DNA of 62,373 nt, filler included, from Platydemus manokwari (taxonomy: Eukaryota): assembly GCA_037951405.1 (NCBI GenBank). It is 6 parts of 6 records of this genome, joined end to end, with 100 filler letters (N's around TTAATTAATTAA, not from the genome) between each part and the next. Parts side by side here need not be neighbours in the genome. Positions count along the whole stretch, not along the records: positions 44,583 to 53,326 come from JBBMOY011356871.1; positions 53,427 to 62,373 come from JBBMOY011324317.1; 4 more parts are not named here. The stretch is one strand, 5' to 3'. Position numbers and translations under genes: made by a program. The notes under the pieces were generated by a model that was given only the letters and a program-made list of their open reading frames with translations, made no database searches and was not told the DNA's origin. Numbering within the stretch: the stretch's first letter is position 1; every line of letters starts with the position of its first letter. Positions 53,098 to 62,373 of this stretch are shown here, in pieces.

Positions 53098-54924
53098 CTG
53101 TGAAATATTGAAAATAAAAATCACCCATATCATTTAATTTAAACAGAAATATAAATTATATTAATAAATAGAATGTGTATATAGCAAATGATTGAATGGC
53201 TTCTGAAATCACTCGACTTAACACGATTTGATTTCTTTCATTCGACCCATATAGTACTTTGAATAAAATTGAAAATAAAATTCATGTATTATATGAAAGC
53301 CAATTAAAAAAATTTATATATAATTANNNNNNNNNNNNNNNNNNNNNNNNNNNNNNNNNNNNNNNNNNNNTTAATTAATTAANNNNNNNNNNNNNNNNNN
53401 NNNNNNNNNNNNNNNNNNNNNNNNNNAAATAATAATAATAATAGTAATAAAAAATAATTATTATCTTCTTATATAATTATCAAATCATATAGCAAATCAT
53501 TTTACTTATCTTTTCAAATAATTCATTTGGTAAATAAGTTTTTTTTTCTTTTGAAATCTATTTATTTTACAATTGGTATTTAAATCATCATTAATTCTTG
53601 AATTTAAGAGTATTTTCAGCTGTACAGTGGCGATTAGTGGATTTCACAACACGGCTATCACAATTGCATTCATCTCTATCGATTTTGAATTTGAAACCAT
53701 CTGTACCGGATGGAATTCAATGGTGGTCTTTAAAAATCTGGCCTAATTTGATTGGATTTTTAGTAACCATAGCACTTAAATGAAAGTTCAAAAAGATGGT
53801 GGTTTTAATCTTATTTCGATAATTTCAGTTATAAAATTTGCTTTTGTTCTCTATTTTAAATACCAGCTAAAACACTATTTTGCCATAGAACTGTTGAGTA
53901 GATTGGAAATAAATAAACCCAGGTACAAATAGATGATTGCAGTAATAAGTATGAATTTCACCATATTTTCCAAAAATAGCAGCTGTCCTTTAATTGTTGA
54001 TTTGATACAATTAAATAATTATTTTTATTTTAATATTACTACTATCTATTAATAAGTAGTAGCGTTTAATAAATTAACTTTGAATCGATGTATGAATGTC
54101 GTAACATGAATGGGATGGAGAAATAAAGGTCTTTTAATCATCAATTTTTTTAATTCAAAATTTGCTATTAACTTCTTTGGAATTTGAATAAGTTTGTTTT
54201 GCTTCATTTTAAGGAAGAACAGATAAGTTATTTAATTTCGAAAATTGTCATCTTAATTCAAGCTTTGATCGGGACACTGCCATATAAGTTGTCAGTTTTT
54301 AAATGAATTTGTAAAAAAAATATCAAAATTTATCTAAAAATTAAATTTGACAACTCAGCTTTACACAACTATTTTGACATTTTATCTGAGAGTGATCAGT
54401 AGAAATAAAATGTTTTTTAATCTCACCTTTCAAATGGTCAATATGAGAAATGAGATACATATAGAGATACGGAATGGAAATCAGCAAATCGCAGTGGTTA
54501 CCCGTGATCAAGTGTTATGTGATGTGTTGTGATTGATAGAGATTACATTTAGATACAACGAATCTTAAAGATCATAACATTGATTTACCAATGAATTACT
54601 ACTTGTTGTGGATAATAAGTAGTAGTAATCAGTAAAAGTTGCATAACTCATTGATAATTTAAATCACAATTGGTAATTCATGTATATAATGAAAACCGTT
54701 ATTATTTCTAACTTAAATCATTTCATGGAATATTTCGATTAATAAATTTTCAATTTTATAATGATGAATGAAAAAATAAATATCATTTAAATAAAAATAA
54801 ATCAACGTTACTAATAAATTTATTAAAATGTACATTATTAATTGGGGCAGGCATATGTAGAACAAATTTGCAGGTAAATAAAATAATTTTTTTTACATTT
54901 TTTTTGGTTGGATTTTGTATAAAT

Positions 54925-56494
54925 TTAATTGGTTTCTGGTTTTGAATCGATACAAGTTTCGAGAATTATTGTGTTTGTTGTGGAGATTTTATCTACAATG
55001 GATGACAATTGATCGAGTGTTGAACTCTTCAACATCGTTGACTGGTAAGCCTGTTGATCTTGATCTGTGGAAGAAAAATATGGGAAATAAAAATCAATAT
55101 TCACTGAAAATTCAACAACCTGAACCGATGTACGATTTTCTACTGGTGGTCATTTTACATAGAACTTCTGGACATTTGTTATCATTTCTCTGCTGTAAGA
55201 TCATGATCAATTTTTATGAAAATAAAATAATTTTCCTATAAAAACTTACAATAATTTTATTTTCATTTACTTTGTTAGTTGATTTTTGTTTTCCTGAAAT
55301 CGATGATCTTGGATTCTCCGAAGTCAGTTTCCTGCGCTCCTTCAATTCTCCGACTGATGCTGGCAATTTACCAACAGAATTTAGCAATTCCTCCAAACTC
55401 TCAATGTAATCTATAGCATTCTTCAATATTTCCACTTTAGGCATTCTTTGATTCGGATTACCGCTGGTTCGGCGTTTAAGAGTCTCAAAAGCTTCATTTA
55501 CTTTCCGCAATCGTCTTCGTTCACGCATGGTAGCCGCTTTTCTTCGATCAACATGCACAGTTTTCTTTTTACAAGCTTTACAAGCCCATAATAAACATTG
55601 GCCATGTGATCCTGGAACCAACACATGTTCTTCCTTAAGAGAATAAAATAATGATAATAAGATTATCATGAAAATATTTACCTTATTTGGACATAAGTGT
55701 TGCTCGATTGCTAACGAAAGCTTTTGAGGACTGGAATGACTACTTGTTGGTTGCCTTCCATCATTCATTGATTGGCTACTACTTGATAGGGCCTTTGGAG
55801 ACCCAAAATCTGCCGTTGTGGGACTATATGAATTGTTGTGATGATTGGCAGTATTAATATTTTGAGACTGTTGATCTGGACAAGAAACTGCATCTTCAGA
55901 AATATGTCTAGCCTTATGTTGAGCATAATTTAAATTCAGTGTAGAACTAGCTGCTAATGATGAATGATAAAGATCTGTCATTGAAGGCTGAGAACTACCA
56001 GATGTATCATATTGTCTGAGAGTGAAGCCGGGCGATTGATAGTAGCCTGCAGCTAAATAAGCTGCGTACGGTGAATCGTACATGTCATAATTGGAGTTAT
56101 TAAGGGAAGAAATTAGATCATATGTTGGAAATTGTGATGATGATCGAGAAGAATTAAATTCTGAGTTAGATAACGAGCTTGTTGATGTTGAAGCTAGTGT
56201 TGTAGTCGATGGCTTACTAGTTATAGCAGGCAGCTTCGGCTCTATTTTGTTCAAGATTTGTGGAAAGTATGAAGCCGAATGATGAGTGTTGAGTCGATCA
56301 TAAAGGTGCATTGAATTGTTCATCATCATGTTGTCAACAAGTGACAAAGATGGAGGCATAGGATTTGTTCCAGTTGTATAGGGACAATTTTGATTCACTA
56401 AGAATGGAGATGCTTCTAAGCTGGCTGAGTAAGGCCCGGAATAATCATAACTAATGGGACAAGTGGAACCTGGAAATGATCCGGAGTGTATCAT
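54925..56494 (-). CDS. myoD: MyoD myogenic bHLH transcription factor; exons 56494-55682, 55633-55250, 55192-55120, 55064-54925
   Basis: C/H region [22 protein letters not shown]; b[55 protein letters not shown] with the myogenic Ala-Thr code; helix [18 protein letters not shown] in the last exon. Confidence 0.97.
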
Positions 56495-56528
56495 TGTTTG
56501 TTGGGCTGAATCAGGATTGTTGAAGCAA

Positions 56529-57121
56529 CAGTTGTTACAATACGTAAAACAGGCGAATTAATGACGGAACAGTTGGTGAAAGTGTATAATAAATCGATGT
56601 TTATCTTTCCCTTTTTTGCATTGGTGTGTGTTTATTTGCAGAGCGATTGTAAATCGGTTTTGATTTGGTAAAAATGTGTGCGAGCAATTAACTAACGACG
56701 AAGTTCTCGCTTCATTGAATTTGATTGGCGAATTCGAAAAGCAACAACAACTTTTAAATTAAATAATATTAAATAATAATTAAATTATTTATTAAATTTT
56801 ATTAATTTTTAAAAAATGCAATTGAATGTGTGGAGATCGTGTAGCATGCAGCACCTATCATTAGTTCGTAATTGATTGAATCACTGAAAAAGAGGATTTA
56901 ACACTATTCGGTAGAAGAGTTTTAAGCGACAGCGCCAACTGCTGTAGATTAGTGATCGGTCTTGATTACATGGGTCGCTGAACATTTGGTCAGCTGTTGT
57001 TTGCAATATATTGGTAGAGATAGCAACTAGTATGGGACATTGTAGTCTTCTATGTTACAATTGTCGTCATGCAAGAGACTTCAATGAAATAAATCGTCAA
57101 CAATCACTTTTCAAACAACTG
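56529..57121 (-). promoter_or_regulatory. E-box cluster upstream of myoD
   Basis: CAGTTG at 56529 and 56570, CAACTG at 56936 and 57116, CATTTG at 56983, CAGCTG at 56991; CCAAT on the minus strand at ~56723. Confidence 0.4.
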
Positions 57122-60100
57122 TTCCCATTTGTCAATTATGTCGAATATTTCTTTCCACTCACATTTAGTCTTATTAAAAGAGAAATATTCCATTTCTGCC
57201 TCTCTTTTTATGTTCACGGTCATCAACCGAGAATTTTAGACTCGACATTTTTTCTACAAATGTATTCGTTCATGATTTCAATGATCGATCAAAAATAATT
57301 TAGACACTTTAATCATGTCGTTCAAAATTAAAATGATTACATCAATTCGACTAAGCATTATGTAATATGTGTGACCATAGATATTCGATATGCAATCGAT
57401 TATCCATTAATCTATTATCGTATCTCTATGTCTGTTATGTACTTTATATGGCTTATCTTGGAAAATGAAGGAAATTATCTCCAGAAAACCGAATTGATGG
57501 AATATCAATGCAAACATTGACCTTAAACAAATTATCGATATTGAACCTTTGTATTGTGTGAGATTTTAATAATAAATTTATTTAAAATTCCATATATAAT
57601 CTTATAAGGTGAAATTGTAACCTAAGTCTCAAAACATGAGTAAATCGAGAAAATTATCCCGAGAAATATCGTTAGATTTATAATTTTGAACAGGTGATAA
57701 ATATACGATTCCAATTATTACAATAAATAATACTTAAGCTGCTGTTTGTAACTTTCAGATTTTAACCTGATAGAGATTTGATCGCTAAGTCATTAAAAAG
57801 TGGTTTGAATTTTAACTGGAAACCAAAAACAGACAAAAATAAGACTTGAAGGATTTTATTAAAAATTTCTTTACATTTTAATATATTTAATGCTTACCAA
57901 AATTCGAGATTGTTCGTACATAAAGGCAATTTATGATTGTTATCATTATTATACAGATAATATTCAATGTTTTAATTGATAGGATTTTTAAAATAATCGA
58001 TTCTCTAATCAATTATCCAATTTCATATTAGATCATACAATTATGAATAATTTTATCAAATTAAAAACTCGAAATGATTCTGTACGATTATAAAACGATT
58101 TGGATTTCACAAAATGTACTAACAAAGGTCGAATTAATTAGTAATTGAGTTCATCGAATCAAAATAAATAAATCGACAATTCTCAGTACTTGAAAAGATC
58201 GAAAACCAGACGACATTACTAATAGATTAGGAGGTGTGTATTTCTACTTTTACTTTTTTCGTAATTATGTACCCAATTTTGACAGAATAAATGACTACCA
58301 TTAAATGCTGATTCTATTAGAACAACTGAAATAGTAATTAATCTCTTCGTCATTGCTGTCATCATGTGTATCTTAGACTTGATGCCCGATTCTATGATAT
58401 GCATTCTCCGCTGTATGTTTTCATTTCTTGATGACATTTGTGAATAAATGAAGCTTGAATTCATTTTGTCATTATGATATCCATTTGATTGTAAGCCCAA
58501 TTATGCATGTGGAAATATCAATGAGTTACGATTAAAGAGGAGGGGTTAGAAAAGCTTTTCCTTAAATGTTGTTGATTTCTCACCTCAAAATGAATTTTCA
58601 CTTAATAGACAAAATCCAGTAGAGAATTTGAATATTTTATCGCTGACGCTGAATTATTTTCGTAATCCAATTTAGATGATCTAGTTCTGGTCAAATTTTT
58701 ATTTGTTTATAAACAAAATAATTTGTAAAACTAATCCCTATGAAATGGTTAATGTGACATATATTGGAACATTGGAAACATTTAATATAGATAGATTTGT
58801 GCTAAAGCAAATGAAATCTTTTCTGTAACATTTCATTTGTTTCCTAATAATGGAAACCATTGACAAGTATTATCACAGACAGTCAAATTATCATTGGTTT
58901 AGAAAAATTAATTTTTCTTTTTTGAACTTCAAGAAGAAGTTTCTTAGATATTAAAGAAATGAAGGGTTGGGTTCAAATTTTTCTCGATAATAAAAGAATT
59001 AAGAATAAAAAATAATAATAGAGAGAGAGTCAAATATTATATATCTGTATAATATTTCGAACGTAATCAAAAATTGATTTAATGTTGTGATTTAAGATTG
59101 TATATTGGAATATCTAATATTTCATCCGACTAATATAATTTAAGAATATTAATTTAAAAACAAGCCTTCTATACACTGATCCAAATTTATAGATAAAATT
59201 CTCGTCGATGATATTAGAATAGAAATGAAACAATTTTTTGTTTTATCGATACACTTTAAGTTTAATTTTTCAAAAAATTCAAATGATTTCAAATTTTTTG
59301 GGATAAAAAACATTTCTTTCATAAATTGCCGATGCAAATAATAATCTCTCCATGGTTGATTATGTTTTTATATTCTAACCATTTGCTTTCTTGTCAAACT
59401 TTGTCGTTGTAATATTATTACAAATAATTATCATTTCATACTTTCTTTCATTATTTGAGTTGTCAAAACAATAAAAAACAGGCTTTTTAAATTTGGTTTC
59501 ATATAATCTTGAAAATAAAATACATAAATAAAATATACAATATAAAATATATAAATACACACACATATAACGTAATATAAAGCATCGATTATCGATGCTC
59601 ATTTTACATCAACACTTAAGACCAAATTTTAAATAAGAATTTCAATTTTCGAATGGCAGAAAACAGACAAATATATTTTTGTTTAAATGATCATCAAATT
59701 AACAATGAAAGCCTTGATACATTGCTGCCACTTGGAAAAAATTAATTATAAAGATAACAGTGGCCAATCATAAATTACATAACATCATTTCTTTTTTAAC
59801 AAACCGTATTGTGGATATTTATTATTAAATTAATCGGCTTATTAATCAATAAATCATATTCCCTGTTTAACATATTATTTACACCACAAATCGTGTATTC
59901 ATTCATGAAACAAATGGTAAATAAATATAATGGATACAAATATTATTTACCAATTAACAAGTGCGTTCAGTTGAATTCATAACAACATAAATTATCAAAT
60001 CTGTTTGCATCATTTATTTCTTTTAGTCGATAATTTAGCTTTCATATTTCAATGATCTGCTATACAAATACTTTATTATTTATTTTGTGATGATGATTTA

Positions 60101-61044
60101 AATTATTTAACAAGTGATATTTATTTATTATTTATATGCATTGATATATTTTAATATTTAGAATAATTATAATAATATCATATACAAATGTTTTATGAAG
60201 AATAAAACCAGAAATGACAATCAATGATTTGGCTATGTGCAGAATGTCCATGTTTTAACAATGACTTGTGTAACAATCCAACAGTTAAATGATTTGTATC
60301 ATTATTGTTTCATTTTAAAAGAAAAATATCCGACAAAAATTCATCACATAGAAAGTGAAAAAATAAAAAAAATGGGAGTAATAGATCAATGGGAAATGAA
60401 TGAATATCTTGAAATTTATTTGGTCACACCATTTGCTTATGTTGTCAACTAATTGACAAATTGCCCTATTAACGACGTTGGGTAATTTTTTTCTCTGTAA
60501 CTTACTAATAGCGTCAAAAAGCACTTAAAATAATATGTTCATTGTGAATTATCTTGTCTGAAATTATCTTAGAATAATTGTTTGATGTAGAATCCATTAC
60601 GGATTGACTGTTAATATGTCATCAGGGATTGATTCTATGAATTCATGAAATAATTGAAGAAAATCTGTGTGATTCATTGCATTATAAACGAGAAGAAAAT
60701 TTTAAAAGTTAATTGAAAGTTTATGTTTTAAGCAGAATTATTTATTTATTTTTAAATTATTCATTTTTTTAAATGTTATATTGTTTTTAGCTCTTTAATA
60801 ATAATTTTTTTATTATAATGAAATGATAATAATAATAATAATAATGCTTTAAAAAATAAATATTATTTTATATAATATAATTGAGTTAGTAATATTATAT
60901 TGAATAAGTGAAATTATTGAATATTTATTGATTATATTTGTATTTGTTGTAGAAAAGAAAACCAAAATATAATATTTGTATCAACGACTGATTTAAAGAT
61001 GAAGGTCGTAATAAGTTCAAATATCAAAACAATTCTTATATCTC

Positions 61045-61045
<1 letters not shown>

Positions 61046-61080
<35 letters not shown>
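61046..61080. repeat. (TA)n(TG)n compound microsatellite (another at ~4460-4486)
   Basis: Seen directly. Confidence 0.9.
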
Positions 61081-62373
61081 CTATATTTGTGTGTAAATAG
61101 ATTATTATAAATCTGGAAAATGAAAATCAGGTTTACTAAAATAATACGGATAAATGTCCAGTGAGGTGTCATCTATCAATGTTTGTGGATTACAAGAGTA
61201 TCGGATAAGTGTCGGATATAATTCAAATACAAACTTTCAACATTCAATGCATGTCGAAACCTCAAAATTAAGAGAAATTAAGTTTTGAAGTCCATTAATT
61301 CAGTGTTTACATTCAATTTCACAATAATTAAACCACATTAATTTACACGAATAATAGATAATATTATTCATTGGCAAGAAATATAATCTGTCAATTTATT
61401 TTGTATAATTTTAATATGATTTTACCACGATAAATTAATCTAAAATAGCTAAAGGAATCTCAAGAACCAAAATAAATAATTGTTGTGACGATTTATGATT
61501 TGTTGCTGATTTAAGTTTTAATTTTAAATGTTATTTTTAATTAATAATCTGACTTCAATAGGCGTGGTTTTAAAAAATATAACGAAAATAATTGCAAAGA
61601 CAATTTTTACAATAAAATATGATCAATACAATGAAATATCGATTGATTAATAATTAGCAAATTATTAGAATTCAATTTAATTGATAAAATAATGCAATTT
61701 CTTATGTCGTAAATTCTATTATCATATAATGGATTATGATTAGAGCCGTAAAAGACATCTTGCAATACTGGAGGCTTTAAGATGGTTGGGTCTAATGTTC
61801 AAGCAATCACGCAAGTTAAAAATAATTGATTAATTGGATTTTATCCAAGCCCGAGAAATAATGTAGTCAGTTATAAAATTCATCACAATTATGATAAAAA
61901 TACAATGCATAGAGCAATATAAGATTTTGAAAAAATAAAATTGTTTTTTGCAATACCAGTTATAAATGAATTCTTTGAATTGGATGCAAATTTGATTTAG
62001 ATTTTAAAATCGATTTTGTTTAAAGAAATAATTTTCCACTAAGTACTCTCTTTCATTGGATATCAAAATCAATATTGATATTTTTGTTTAAAAATTTTTG
62101 TTTGTTAATTAACACTTGATTTATCAAAAATAAAATAATGGGACACGATTAAGTAATCGATTTCTTTTTGAACGTTTCTTCTAAAAAAGTTACCCTTATT
62201 TATACTATGTCTATTTTCTTTCTGTTTTCTTATTTTCCTATTTTAATATTTTAATAATAATATTTTTACACCTTCTTATTGACATTTTCTTTTTTAGATA
62301 TTTTCTTTATTTGTCACCTGCGTTTTGTATTTCATTAATTCTATTTTCATTTTTATATCTATTTTTATTTTAA

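Overview
Very AT-rich, intron-containing animal genomic DNA with many 43-57 nt introns, from a draft scaffold with five artificial 100-bp N spacers. A planarian or related flatworm origin is my inference from composition, intron size and gene style; it is not proven. Host genes reconstructed by hand: the last three exons of a calbindin-32/secretagogin-type EF-hand gene (+), a partial Nramp/DMT1 (SLC11) metal transporter (-), a complete TBC1D20 Rab-GAP (+), a SASH1-like two-SAM-domain adaptor with no visible SH3 domain (+), a tentative orphan micro-exon gene end (-), the 3' half of a CCR4/PDE12/Angel-type EEP nuclease (-), and a complete myoD (-). The most notable non-genic signal is a family of ~0.5-kb non-coding LTR mini-retrotransposons (TRIM-like). 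It has two complete copies with LTR-PBS-internal-PPT-LTR structure and perfect 5-bp target-site duplications (TSDs), plus solo LTRs, one nested inside a Ty3/gypsy relic. Also present are two deleted copies of a short-LTR gypsy element, a hAT MITE, a hAT relic and a Merlin-like MITE family. No rRNA, tRNA or CRISPR was found.
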